From NCBI RefSeq assembly GCF_052425735.1, contig NC_135761.1:33480001-33544000 (forward strand): a stretch of 64,000 bases of DNA, written 5' to 3'. Every line of letters begins with the position of its first letter. Position 1 is the first letter of the stretch. Below, one piece after another: positions 47,530 through 60,625 of this stretch. A program made the translations under genes and the position numbers. This stretch comes from Oculina patagonica (taxonomy: Eukaryota). Under the pieces are notes generated by a model that saw only the letters and a program-made list of their open reading frames with translations, searched no databases and was not told where the DNA came from.

Positions 47530-47980
47530 ATGACAACGAAACTATGTTTATACACCAACAACAAAATTCAAGTTCCACTTTTGAATAATTCACATGCTGT
47601 TTACAAATTGAATTGCCCTGATTGCCAATCAGCATACACTGGCAAAACAGACATAACTCTTTTTATCCAAACACATGATCACGCTATCTCTGACAAAGTG
47701 AGTGCAATAATTTACAAACACATGCAAGCGTGTGTTCATTTACTTTCCCTTCGCAATTTGTGTAATTCACCGGATACTTTAAATACTGACATTGTTCCAC
47801 CTCTGTTGGTTGTGACAAAGAATATTTCACCCAAGTAGTCTGTGATAATACAACAGTATTGGATTTTGACAATAATTGGAATCTTGTCCTGTTCAAAGAG
47901 GCATATGACATCAAACACCTAGCACCTTCCCTCAACAATGGACTGAAATCCAGCAGAGAACTTTGCATATTCTCTTGAGT
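47530..47980 (+). mobile_element. Penelope-like element GIY-YIG 3' fragment
   Basis: SHAVYKLNCPDCQSAYTGKT..HDHA; VLDFDNNWNLVLFKEAYDIKHLAPSLNNGLKSSRELCIFS*. Confidence 0.8.
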
Positions 47981-48575
47981 AACATTTTGTTTCATCTCTT
48001 CACCCACAGTATTTAAGATCAAGTTTCTATGCAATGACAATGGTATAGCTTGAAATCATTTGTTTTCTAAATTATTGGGCACAATGAACCTTTTAGGGTT
48101 ATCCTTCGTCCTTTGTAACGAGCCATGATTCCACATCTTCTAAAAGGACATGTACAGCTGGTACTTACACTGAGGACAAACAAGATGAGAGTAAAGGCCT
48201 GATAAGTAAAACAGAACAAAGGGAATCATTTGAAAGTGAGCAAGACATTGAGTGTGAACTTTCACTAAAAGCAGACAGATAAAAACGAATTTTCCTTGAA
48301 AGGTGAAATGCTGAGGCTGAACAAAAAAGATGTAGGAGGCAAGAGTTTTTGCAGAACCTAAAACAGATTTTGTCACTGTTAGGGTTCAATAACCTACAAT
48401 AGGAATATGCAACCCAGTCTATGACTGAGCAAGATGTTTGAATCCTGACATTATGAATTTTACACTGTGTGCCCCGTAAGCAGGCATACTTCTACCACCT
48501 TTTTTTTAATTGGTGAAAAATAAACTAGTGGGCAGCACTCTACAAATGATATTTGTTTTGTAAAACTGATTTATT

Positions 48576-48618
48576 CTCCTACGCGTTTTGTCCGACTGTC
48601 GCGGACTTCTTCAGGGAG
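48576..48618 (-). ncRNA. Minimal type I hammerhead motif with GAAA>AAAA change
   Basis: Minus strand: ctcc-CTGAAGA-a-gtccg cgacagt cggac-AAAA-cgcg-TA-ggag, followed by AATAAA. Stem III is the palindrome ACGCGT. Confidence 0.7.
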
Positions 48619-49829
48619 TTTTACAAATTAGAATTACATGCTTGTATTTATACATAGTGTAAACCGTACAACTTATTTTTACATGTTATTTTACGAATTT
48701 ATGTATAGGAAACAAGCTAAATTTCTATGCAAGGCGTTACTAAGGTGTAGCATATGTGTGACATTTTTCTGTCATGACAAATGCGTGACATATTTATTTT
48801 TGGAGACCACAGATTTAGTACTAAATCTGTAACCGTCAGCTTATTTAGCTTGATCAATATTTACTGCAATGTATTTTCAATGTCTTTAGACAAATGAGAC
48901 CAGCAGTAGCACGGCCAAGGAACATGAAGGAGAAAAACGGGGTTTTTCACATCTTCAGTCTGCTGGCATATCCATTAAAAGTTTTCATTTCCAACCAACA
49001 CCAAGGAATTACCAAATGGATATGAAAGTGTCAAACACACATGCCACAAGCAATTACAACGGTAATGATAAAGCTTGGGGAAGAAAAATGGTGTGAGAAG
49101 AAAAAAGACAAGGTTAAAGAAGCATGCAACCATCTGTATTGGTGTGCCACATCCACCAGAGCGGGGTTTGGGGAATTGATTGCGGCCATGGTGCTGTGCA
49201 TAAGTAATTAATTGGCCATGTTAGTTGTAGACAGTGTCAGGAAGAATTCTGCTTGGCGTGATATCTTCTTGTTTAATCAAATGTCATTTTTCATAGATTT
49301 TTTTTGTTTTCGTCCAAGAAAGATTTTCATAAATCCTCAACTGAAATTTGTTTTTGACAGAGTTAAACACTAGGACGTATAGGTAGGGTCATTAATAATT
49401 GTACAGTAATCAGATCTTGATAAACATGCTAACTGTTCTGCTTAACTGTTTCCAATTTAAGGAGGAAGCTGTGAGCAAGAGAAGCCCATGTCAAGAACTG
49501 ATTTTTCATTGGTGGACAGAAAATTGACTAACACGAAAAAAAAATCAAATGAACAGAGCAGGATCAGGCCATTTTCAATTCAAGCATGACAACCACGCCT
49601 CTGTCCTGTACAAAACCTGTGCCCAACAGAATCAGAATGAAAACAATGTGAATAGTGTGTAAATAGTGTTTTGCAACAATCTAGACTTTGAAAAGATTTG
49701 AAATCGAGTCTCTTTCCGCCACCCAAACCTTAGTTCAACCCTGGCAAACTACATATCCCACAAGTCTTGGACAGTGTCGGAGATCAAAACATGTTTGACT
49801 CAGTTGTGTGGTATTCAATGTGATAAGCT

Positions 49830-50095
49830 GTCGGCAAAACCCCTTGTTCTTTCCACTGTGCCCTTGCTAAGAGTGGTATCCATTGGATTCAGTCTTTGTT
49901 GTTTCTATCTGCTCTGCTTACACCCACTATTCACCACTATTGCTTCAACATGTTCTGTTTGGATTTAACCCTAAGGAGCTGCTGGTCGTCCCGTGTGTTT
50001 TTGTTTATTTGCTGCATGTCTTTAAATTCCTTATCTGGTACCAGAGAAAAGATTTTTGGTTAGTTCTTGGCCTGAAGCTAAAAGCTTTCTTTGTG
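49830..50095 (+). mobile_element. L1/Tx1-clade ORF2 C-terminal fragment
   Basis: LFFHCALAKSGIHWIQSLLF../HVLFGFNPKELLVVPCVFVYLLHVFKFLIWYQRKDF, a zf-RVT tail followed by an IW-x-x-R-N-like motif. Confidence 0.7.
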
Positions 50096-50910
50096 AAGCA
50101 GGCATTGACACCAGCACGTTCTCCATGACAGTGCCAGTCCCCCACAACTTCATACGATGCCTGCAGCGACCAAACTCTTCAAGAATGCCCAGATATTTGC
50201 TAAACATTATCACAACCTGATCCAAAAGAACTTTGGAGCCAGCATATTTGAGCATTTTGAATAGAGAGGGCTGTCAATGTAATTGCATCTTTTGCTAATG
50301 GGTTCACGCCCGAGGCATGACTTGAAGGCATTAATCTGCAGATTGTAGAGTGGCATGCTGCTGTGAAACTTCTTTCGGTAAAGTTCACAATAGACAACAT
50401 GTGACTGTAGTAGGCTTAAATGCAAGTCAAATTTGTGAAGAGGTTTTAAATGCTTTATTAACAGAATTAATCAACATGGAAGAAATGAAAAAAGGGATAT
50501 AATACTGTCTGATACAGAAAGTTCAAGTTGCTTGGTTATAGTAAGCTGCTTACAATACGTAAATGGTAATATTAAATTTTGCAAATACAATTTTATAGTA
50601 CATATATATTTGGTAGTCAAAGGACTTCAGTTTACACGTCCTTAACCATAGAACCTAATCCTCTCTCCCTATGGACAAAAAGGGGTACTATTAAATTTTT
50701 GTCAGTTATTTGTTCATGTTTATCTCTGTCCATTGAATCATATCTTTGCGTGATAAATATTAACCTATAAAACTGATTGCATGAATTTATATTATCCTTA
50801 ATTTCATTTTCTGACTAGTGCAGTTAATGTTCAATGCCCAAATCCGTTGTTGGTGACAATAGTTTTTTCCTAATTTGTAAATAATCTGATTATTTCTCTT
50901 TTTTTCCTAG

Positions 50911-51564
50911 TTAATTTTCAAAAGATTTTTCTCAGCAAAGAGCGATGGTGACTTGTGTACACTTTAGGCTGACAGAACCACTATCAACCGCAGAAATGTC
51001 ACTGCTGATCCTTCCAAAGCATATCGTCCAGACAGAGATTTTTTCCTTGTTGTTGTGCAGTCAAGGGTAATAGCTGCAGCAGTGGAAGTTCTGGGAATGC
51101 AGTCAAAGTCCAGCCAACCATCAAAGTGTCCCATCCCTCCAAGTCTTGAAATCATGAGCAACCTAGCCAAACTCGAGTATCTACGCCAGGCAGCAGCAAT
51201 GATTGTTAATTCCTTGGTATTTGACCAATCCTCTGTGAACAGCCTTGTAGACAAAATTCTCACTGCACAGGAAAAGGAGGATGTAATCAACAACCAGCAA
51301 CTAACAAAAGATGGCAGATTTCCCTGCAGGTTTCCTGGCTGTAACTACTCATTCCAGTATGATGGACGAGGTAGGAGAAGGCACAAAATGACCCTTAACC
51401 CACCTCCTGATGTTCCAACAAACCAGACTGAACCATCTATTGAACAACCCAGTTCAGAAGAGTCTGCAGCTACTCAACAAGATGTCAAGTCAGATGATGT
51501 GTACAATTATAACTGTGCCCTGTTGACCGATGGTTTGTTCTTTATGAACTTTCTGGATGCCATA
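50911..51564 (+). mobile_element. Second, divergent AcademH transposase (DUF6589) fragment
   Basis: Acceptor at 50909-50910; TL*ADRTTINRRNVTADPSKAY..FFLVVVQSRVIAAAVEVLGM..GRFPCRFPGC..DDVYNYNCALLTDGLFFMNFLDAI. Confidence 0.85.
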
Positions 51565-52376
51565 ATACTTGTCTATGAATGATTACTCTCACAACAGATC
51601 TCCTTCAACCAGCTTGGGAAATAAAAGATTCTCCAAAACGAATATCTATTGTATCATCTCCTTCAGATAATAAGTTGTTAGCTTGTTTTCACTTGTTTAT
51701 GACACTTTTTAGACCAACATATTTAGGTCCAAAATGCTTTGATACTGTACTCTTTTGTTTGGGTTCCATAAAGGGTTAATTAACAATTACGCGCCAAAGT
51801 GGAGGTGAATAGTGGCCGATATTTACTGATTTCCGTAGCGGCGAGGTAAATATCGACCATGTTCACCGATACTCTATTGTCGGCCCTAAACACGTCCACT
51901 ACAACCCCTCAGAGCCTGTTAACTGTTGGACCGATTTTCAATGAGAATGCAGTTCCTTCCAGAGGACGAGGACATGGTAGGGCGCATCCCCACAGAATAA
52001 CAGCCACCAGTTCTCGAGGGTAGTCATCCTTCTGGCGGGTCCAACCGAAGATGACTTACCTGGTGGACGATTGAGGCAACTGGTGCGAGACGAAATGCGC
52101 GAGGTCTGTGTGTGTTTTCGGTCAGGAATGACCAGCCAGGAGATCAGAACGTGCATCCTGCACGCTTTTCAAGGACAGGGGCACCTCAGGACGATGACAT
52201 AAGTACAATAATTCCCTTTTTTCCCCTTTTTTTTCTGCTTGGTGCTGCAGACATGAATGGTGTCATAGAGAAGTAAGTGGTAATAATATACATGCTTATG
52301 GCCTCTGATTATATGAATCTTGGCTGGGTTTTTTTTCAGGTTAGTAATTTAAAAAGTGTTCAAACAGCCTATTTGA

Positions 52377-53805
52377 CCTATTTTTACAGACCTATTTGAC
52401 CTATTTTTACAGACCTATTTTTACAGGAAACGTCCACATTAGCTCCTCAACTCAACCAATCACCAGGACTACCAGGTATTCCGAATTGTCGAGGTTTCAA
52501 AATGGCATGTCTGAATATAACTAGTCTCCCAAAACACATAGATGAACTTCGTATACTCTTGCACAATAATTGTGGTTTTGATATCTTAGCAATTAATGAG
52601 ACCCGGCTGCATGAAATAATTAGTGATAATGAAATTAGAATAGAAGGTTATGATATCGTTCGCCGAGATAGACCTTTGAACGGCAGAAATGGAGGCGGTG
52701 TTTGTTTCTATATTCGCACATGCATTAATTATATAGTCCGCAAATTTTCCACTCTCGAAAATTTAACGATTGAAATTACGAAACCAAGAGCCAAACCGTT
52801 TATTATTAGTACATGGTATAGGCCTCCCAACTCTCCTTCTGAGCTATTCGGAGACTTTGAAGATTTTGTTGGAAGGCTGGATACCGAAGGCAAAGAATAC
52901 TATATAATGGGCGATCTAAATTGCAATATGTTGCCAACATTTTGTAATAACAACAACACCCAAACACTTCTAAATATCACTGATATTTATAATTTGAAAC
53001 AGCTTATTTCTGAATCCACCCGAATTACTCCCTCAAGTAGCACTTTGATTGATGTAATATTTGCTAGTCACCCAAATAACGTATTGTGCTCGGGAGTGTC
53101 CCACATTAGTATTAGTGATCACAGTTTAGTTTACGCGTATCGTAAAATTTCCTTACCGCCCCCCACTAAAGGAATTAACAATATATCATATCGGAAATTT
53201 AAAAATTTTGATGCCCAAAGCTTTCGTGCTGATATTGTGGTTCAACCGTGGGATGAGCTCATGGGAATGGAAAACCCCAACAAAATGTGGCTGAAGTGGA
53301 AATCTTTATTTTTAGAAGTATGTGACAAGCACGCCCCTATCCGCATCAAACGTGTTCGTGCTTCTAGAAGCCCATGGATAAATAATGATCTCAAGAAAAT
53401 AATGTACCAAAGGGACCGTCTTAAGAGAATAGCTTCAATAACCAAAACTCCAGAGGATTGGAACAATTACAAAAAGATGCGTAACCAAGTAAACAATGCA
53501 ATAAAAAATGCAAAACGGTCCTATTATTATAATACTTTTAAAACATACGAGTGCAATTCACGTAAGACTTGGCAGGTCATCAATGAAATCACCTCTCGCA
53601 AATCCGGCAAATCCGTAATTAATGAACTTGAATGTAATGGAAAGAAAACAAACAATCCAAATTGAAAACAAAAAAACAATCCAAGTTTTTATTGATGAGG
53701 AGTAGATGGAGGGCAGTGTTTTATTCCTTGTTCTATTTTATTATGTATACCTGAATGGAATTTACCGTGTTTTAAATAAAGTATTACCTTACCTACCTAC
53801 CTACC
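52377..53805 (+). mobile_element. L2/CR1-clade LINE deletion derivative: APE endonuclease ORF 52502-53665 joined to a 3' tail
   Basis: LNITSL, DILAINETRL, RRDR..GGGV, YRPP, MGDLN, TRIT..STLIDVI and SDH motifs; no RT. Ends AATAAA..(TACC)n. TGA on both sides, with an empty site in copy B. Confidence 0.9.
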
Positions 53806-54639
53806 TGAGTGGCTGCTTATTTAATGAGAGCTTTCGGCTACACAAAGGGTGATTAGGACTTACATAAGGTTCCTAAACGAACTTAACCTTCAAATCAACC
53901 AAGGAATATTAGGACAAAAAAGTCTCACCAATTCCTAATGCAACAAAGTAAAAAAAAGCACTGTGTAGGAATGTCCGTTCATGTATGCAAGTAACTACTT
54001 TTATATGGAACTATTAATCATTGTGTATTTGTTTCTTTTCAGGTTCTTGAATTTTTTAATCAGGATTTACCCCAACTAAATGCCTGTGGGGTGAAAGCAT
54101 CAGGTACAGTGTTCCTGCTGTCAGCAGTTTCATAAAGCAGTTTACACCTGCGAGATTCCTCCTGTTTCAGAGGCGATGATAAGAAAGTTAACACAAAACG
54201 ATGACATTGTTTGCGTTGGCAACGCTTGAGCATGTCCGAAATTTCTGTTCTAACGGAAAAATTTGAAGAGAACATGGAGATTCTACAAAGTAAATTTGGG
54301 CAGATTGATATGTTTAGTGAGACACCCTCGTTCACTGGCCTCCAAGGCTTTAAAACAAATTAAAAATATCAAGCAGAAGAATCAAGAAAAGCAAGGTGAT
54401 GACTTCACTGAGCTCATACAAATGCTAAATGAGGATGCCCAAGATCCTAAATCCTGCTAAATTTTGTGCTGGAGTAGTCACCACCCTCAACTTTGGCAAA
54501 TATGATGTCACATTGACAACATATCGCCACTTGCTCCTGCGGACAAAGAAGATTCTCATCCAGTGGGAATTGGCCCCATACTGCTTCATCAGAAAAAGAA
54601 GCCTGGTAGCTACTATGAGTTGCCCTGAGATGAACTGAA

Positions 54640-55062
54640 TGCACTGTGGCACGATGTTAAGGTCAAGACCTGGAGTTTACCTACTGAAGGAGCAGAAAAT
54701 ACGCGCTGCACTTTTATGTTGTGCATCAGACATACCAGTTGCTCCTTAACTATGTGTTTTTGTGGGACACATTGCAAATTGCGGCTGTTCTCACTGCAAC
54801 AAGTTTTTCCCTGGTGGTTTCCCTGAGAAAAAGGATCACAGCTCGTGGCCCAAACGAACCAATGCTTCTCACTGACAAAATGCTAGGAGGCTAGAGCAAT
54901 GCAGAAACAAGACACAGAGAAAGAAGATGGAATCAATGCTTGGAACAAGATACACAAGTTTGCTGAAGCTGCCGTATTATTGTAGTATTACCAGGTGCAC
55001 CATTGATTCCATGCTAAATCTGTTTCTGGCATTGGCAAAGAAAATGTTCAAAATCTGGTGTG
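54640..55062 (+). mobile_element. EnSpm/CACTA transposase fragment (copy A)
   Basis: IRAALLCCASDIPVAP*LCVFVGH.AN.GCSHCNKFFPG..WPKRT..GTRYTSLLKLPYY..IDSMLNLFL. Confidence 0.85.
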
Positions 55063-55069
55063 ACCGGTA

Positions 55070-55667
55070 CAGTGGAACCCCGTTAATACGGACACCAAGG
55101 GGACATGCCAAATTGTCCGTATTAACGAGGTGTCCGTATTAAGCGGGGTCTCAGAAAAAAGTCACGGACACACGTTTTATCGATATACAAGAAATAAAAC
55201 GCATTTCAACAGCAACCGAACGTGTTCTATAAAGTTTCCTTTGTAACTGAAACTAACCGTAACCGTTCTTAAAAAGTCTTTTCTGAAAGAGTCGGTAATT
55301 TAACTTTGCACGGACGCTAGCTGTTAGCTTTCGACAAGACCAGGCGGACCGACAAAACCTTTTCAAGTCACGCTTTTAAGCTACTCTTTGTAATAAAAAT
55401 CGTCGAATTCTGTCATTATTTGACCAGGGTAAAGTTAGCAAATAATCGCGACAATGAAAATTGACAGTGCAGAGATAAATAGTGTCCGTATGGCGGGGTT
55501 GACAATGTACAAGAGTTTGTCATTGGGGACACAGAGAAGTGTCCGTTGTCCGTATTAACAGGTGTCCGTATTAAGCGGGTTAATTTTAGAGAAAATGTAT
55601 GAGGTTTTCGTCGGGACCAACGAAACTGTCCGTAATACCGGGGTGTCCGTAAAGCGGGGTTCCACTG
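55070..55667. mobile_element. pogo/Tigger-like MITE, complete
   Basis: TIR CAGTGGAACCCCG..TACGGACACC at both ends, TA TSD, internal tgtccgtattaa repeats. Empty site ACCGG-TA-TATGC at ~63104-63115. Confidence 0.95.
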
Positions 55668-57375
55668 TATATGCAATTTAATTCTGGGATTTGTAAGGGA
55701 ATCTTAAGTATAGGATACCTTGTTATTTTACTTGTTTGTAAGCTCGAGACTTTAAGATTAAGAATTTAATCTTAATCTTAAAGGGGAGTTTCAAGCCAGT
55801 ATTGTGCCTTGTAGAGCCTTTAAACAATCCCAAATTTGGCATTTGGAATGGTGTACTGTCATGGTGTAAAAACCCCTTCTTTAGTTACCGATGTTTAGGT
55901 CACTTGTAACTGATGTGGTTTTGCTTTTATATTTCACTTTTTTACATAATTGACACACAATGGCTACTCCGGCCTGTTGATTTTTGCTTCCTTCTTGTGA
56001 GAATCATTTCTTAAAATTAATCCTTCCATTAAAAATATCCAAATAATTTTACTTCAGTCAACTGTACAAATTTTACTTCACTCCTTGTATAAAAGCTTAG
56101 CTTATACATATAGGTCATCTGTAAGATTTGAAGCAGGCCACCTTAAATAAAGATAACACAATTTGCATCAACTCTTACCTTAAACAAAACAAAACGCTCA
56201 AACCTCGCGCGTCCAGGTAGAAGAAATCATGAGAAATCTATTTGAAAATTTAACAGTCCACAGAAACAGTATTCTGCAGCTCAAAAAAACATAAATATTG
56301 AGGCTACATTGAAGAACATAATGGGGATGTGGACGAGGTTGCTGCAGCAGCTGACAGGGGTGGTGAAAGATCGAGGAGGAAAAAATTATTTAATGAATCT
56401 ATTGTCTCACATGTTTTGTACCTGCAAAAGCTGATTCCTTTAGAAGAAATGAACTGAAAAATCCATCAAGTCACCACCACTTGGAAGTAAGGACATTTTA
56501 TGGAAATTTAAAGAACTCGTTACAATAGAAACTTTTTTTTGCCCACTGGTAACTTTAATTCTAATTCCGTTGTTTCTCTTCCCAAAATCAAGATGGCTTA
56601 AAGTATGGCTACACGAGCGGAGGCAGGCATCCTTCTGTTTGCTACCCAGTTGGAAGCAATTTGGTACGTTTTCTGTTCTAATTCTGACTTTATTTCTGGA
56701 CACACTGCTTTATTCTTGAATTTTAGTCACATAGCAGCTCCAGAATTGCTTCGCCTCCTACAGCAGTTCAAGCCAAAGAACAATTAATCTGGAGAGGAAA
56801 TACACAGAGAAATCTACCGAAGATTCTTTGGAATCACGTGGGTGAGCACTTTTACTATTTTTTTTTGTTTTGGCTAGCATTTGTGTAACAATCATGTGAT
56901 TATTATAAGGCATTTCATCGGCTTTAGATTTTGGTGTCTCGAAGAGCACTCATGCTCTCAGATTACTAACACGTTGAATGCCAGCTTCATTCACACATTA
57001 AATTCCTCCAAATATAATATAAAGGCAAATTTCTTACTTCTCCAAGTGAGTTTTATGTAACATCTATAGATTTGAAGCAAGTAACCTTGCTTTTGTTATA
57101 CTTTTGTCATATCTTGCTCACTTTACTCGTTCTTGTTTAGTTTGGAAGCAAAATTGGTGAAGATAGCTTTGAGGGTACACAACCTACATACATTACCCTC
57201 CAGAAATAAAGGCTGTCATAAGAGCTGTAATTCCCGAAGCCATAAAGGATTCCAAAGGTAAGCACTGTTTACACTTGTGTCAGGCAGATGAGAAATACTT
57301 ACAATAGCTTATATTATAGTGATAACGATGGGGGTGACAGGCCTACACAACTCTTATCCACGTGTGATAGCCAGT

Positions 57376-58240
57376 TTAGAGTTTGGCTCGAACGAGTATG
57401 TCTTTTAGGGATCTTCCCCTTTTGTAAGAAACAATTGGCAGATTCTTAAATATCTCGTTAAGTCGTGGTTGTTGTTGGATTAAATGCCACTTTTGCATGA
57501 GTATTTGTTTTAAGTTAGGCACCGTTGGACAATACTGTGTAACGAAAGCAGGATTCGCGTGTTTTGGCATTTTTTTGAAGGGCAAGTTTTCTGTCTTCAT
57601 ACTTTATCTCTGAGAGGATTGTTGAAAACAGAGTTTCTGGGTAATCTCTTTTCATAAAATTTGCGTTGAATTGTGAGATTTCAGCTTTAAATTCTGTTTT
57701 TGAGGAATTTGTTCAGAGAAGTCTGTGTGCTTCGCCTTTGTTGAAGCCCTTTTTTGACACCTGGTGGGTGGTAACTGGAGAAATGTGTGTACTGAAATGT
57801 TTCAGTAGGTTTGAAATGCGTTTTAACATCTAATATAGACTCATTTGTGAACTGTTCGCCTTTGAAAACAAGGAACATTGTTTCTGTGTCAGATATTTCA
57901 GTAGGATGGTGGTTATTTGCTTGTTCGATGAATTGCTCGACTCCGTCTTTTTTTACATTCCAGATAGAGAATACAGTTGTATATCATCAATATAACTTTT
58001 CCAGACTAGCAGTTTAAGAGCGATTTGGTTAAGAAATTGTGTTTCTACCTCCACCATAAAGATGTTGGCAAAGGCGACTGCCATCTTGTTTCCCATGGGG
58101 GTTCCATGTATTTGGAGTTAGTTTTTTCCCTTAAACTAAGACGAGTTTTCTTGAAGGATGAGTTTGAGTGCTCTTTTAAAATACTGTTTAGGGATGGGAG
58201 TGTTGTCTTTATAGAAAGAGTCGTATGCTTTGCACATTGT
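57376..58240 (-). mobile_element. Penelope-like RT fragment ending without GIY-YIG
   Basis: QIHGTPMGNKMAVAFANIFM..WKSYIDDI..HFKPTETFQYTHFSSYHPPGVKKG..PIVSYKRGRSLKDILVRAKL*. Confidence 0.88.
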
Positions 58241-58264
58241 CACTGTCTCTCGCTTTCCTTTATC

Positions 58265-58307
58265 GGTAACTGAAAAGATCCAGAAGGATCGGAACTGCAG
58301 TATTGCC
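58265..58307 (+). ncRNA. Minimal type I hammerhead-like motif with two core changes
   Basis: ggtaa-CTGAAAA-gatcc agaa ggatc-GGAA-ctgcag-TA-ttgcc. All three stems pair, and stem III is the palindrome ACTGCAGT. Confidence 0.6.
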
Positions 58308-58384
58308 TGAGTTAAACGGCCATAAGCCTGCTGACAAAAGACAGACTGCTAAAAGTAGCAACAACCTCCAAAGACGATGCTAAC

Positions 58385-58700
58385 ATGGAGCCAGTGGAAA
58401 AGCTATCAGAAACCAAACTCCTCAACGAAGATCACTAGCCAGGACAGCAACCAGCGTGTTGAGCCAGACAAAGAACTGATGGCATGGGGGAACGCACTGA
58501 AGACAATAACGCCAGGACGGAAGACCTGCAATACAGAGCCAGAGCTTGTATAAGAGCAGAAAATGACCTTCGAAAGGACATTAAGCAATTGCGCTCCAAT
58601 GCCGAAAGAGATTATGTGGGAGCCTTGTTTAGTTTCCACAATAGGAGAATCCAAAGCCTATGCTCGGCTCTCAGAAAAGAGAAACAAATTAAGTCTAGTA
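58385..58700 (+). mobile_element. Probable Penelope-like element N-terminal ORF remnant
   Basis: Follows the hammerhead-like motif; DLQYRARACIRAENDLRKDIKQLRSNAERDYVGAL..FHNRRI. Confidence 0.5.
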
Positions 58701-58710
58701 TGCCACATCA

Positions 58711-60078
58711 TCACCTCCCACGCAGTCGTTCTTAGGGGTGATCCTGTTTCACTCCTTCCCACGAACGCCTGCTTAACCGAGGCCAACATTCCTTTCCCAT
58801 TGTTCCTTAACGCATTGTCTATCAATGACCAATCAAAATGATCGTTACATAATTTCCCGCGAAATCTGTTTTTGAGGTGCGGGCGCTGCGAAGTTGGAAT
58901 AATCATTCGCTAGTGTCTGACTACATGAGAGTATGGCGTGTAATGGTGGCTGAAACGCCGAAAAAAATTATTCGTTCGGAATTCAAGTGTTATTTGTGCG
59001 ACGATTTGGTCTAGACATCTGGTGGAAGGGTAAAAATCTTTGGAAAAAGTGCTGTTGATGTTCCCCGCTTAATCGAAGCGGCGATCGGTGAGAACCTTCA
59101 GAAATATCGCAACTGCGGTTCTGAATTGTTTGTTTGTAACTCAAAATGCTACAGGAGGCTTCAGCGGTTTGAAAAAGCTGAGAAGAACTTAAAGAGCATC
59201 AAAGAAGAGATCTGTAGCGCCTTCAACTAGATCAATCGCCGCATAAAACGTCAAAGAGCCGTCGAGCAAAGCGGAGATGAAAATGTCACACTTTCGACTC
59301 AACAACCTTCAGCGTCAAAAATCTCTTAAGTTCGCAGAGACCGAGTCGTCATCAACCGCTGCCTCGTACTTCGCTACCACTTGTACTTCTTACAACCGCC
59401 CAGCTGTGTTCTTCGGAAATCCTGTGGCATGGTCGTCACCACAGTACTCAGGTGATGATCTGTTAAGACACGCATTCAGTGCTCCATTGTTGACGTCAAC
59501 TCCAGTGTCAAAATCGAATCAAAGCAAGGCAACAGAAACTGCAACTGAGACGGCCGTGAAGCTGTCTATTGTTTATCCCAGCAAGCCTGTTAATAAAACT
59601 TTAACACGAGAGTACGAAGCACTGGGAAAGGGCTTTAGCTCATGGCCTGCCTTTGCGTATTGCAACCGCCGTGATGAAGTGTGCCCAGCTTACCGATCAA
59701 GGCCTGCCTTCGCGTATTGCAACCGCCGTGATGAAGTGTGCCCCACTTACCAATCTTGTAATCGCAAAAGTTTTACGCTTGCTTAAGACGGAGGTGGGAG
59801 ATCTTTGCTCAAAGAAAAATCCTTCCTTACTGAGAAATTGTACCCAAGAAGCTCTCACTAATTTCGACTTTGAGGGGTTATGCAACGAGTGGAAAAAAAG
59901 AGCGCCAATATTTTACTCCTTCCTTTTGACGGCTTGCACAACAGGACCCAGTCAAAATACTACAACGTGGCTCCCAAGCATGGCTGTAGCTGGGTCAATT
60001 TTGCTGAAGCAAAGAAATCCTCACATGAATGCAACAGCAAGCATCATGAGTTTGGTTCTAAAAACCAAATCCGTTGAG
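58711..60078 (+). mobile_element. 5' end of an AcademH-like transposon: terminal region plus first transposase exon (~58943-60078)
   Basis: MVAETPKK..CYLC..KIFG..VCNSKCYRRL (ZAD-like), then LCSKKNPSLLR..FDFEGLCNEWKKRAPIFYSFL..AGSILLKQRNPHMNA, ending GAG|GTAAGC. Stops and frameshifts present. Confidence 0.7.
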
Positions 60079-60554
60079 GTAAGCATTGCTCTCTCACATG
60101 TATGTTGATATTAGTCTGGAATTACAGTTTCTTGTATACTTCACCTTGAAATAAATGTATTGATTTTATGACCATGATAGTTGAACATTGGATTGGTTGG
60201 GTTTGAAGGCTTGCAGGAGTACATACTGAAATCTGAAGCCCTTGTCTTGGGTCCAAATAAGCCTGTTCCAGTATATATTCTTTTAATTTCCCAAAAATGA
60301 AATGATGTATCCTTGAATGGTCAATAGTAATTAAAATAAACCCTGTTGAGTTGCTCTTACAAATCTCTGAACCTGAATATAAAGAAAGAAATATGTTCCC
60401 TTTACCAGGCTAAGTTATTCTTTTATTGATCTTGTCGTAAATGAACATCTTTTAATGAATGGGTAAAAATTAATTTAATGAAACACACTAAAAAAATTCT
60501 TCACCCTGCCCACTTCCCCCTACCCCTGTAGTCAACATATAAGGACTGGTCCCT

Positions 60555-60625
60555 CAGGGGTTTCAATAATAGCCGGGTAGCGGGTAGATCTACCCGCTTG
60601 TGATGGGCGGACTACCCGCTTGAAG
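60555..60625 (+). mobile_element. Possible hAT-like terminus
   Basis: CAGGGGTTTC start, repeated TACCCGCT motifs and a perfect 20-bp palindrome at 60579-60598. Partner end not found. Confidence 0.4.

Larger units (their letters stand above)
51870..55790 (+). repeat. Copy A of a ~2-kb local duplication, carrying two extra insertions
   Basis: Colinear with 61261-63231 once 52377-53805 and 55070-55669 are removed. Confidence 0.95.
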
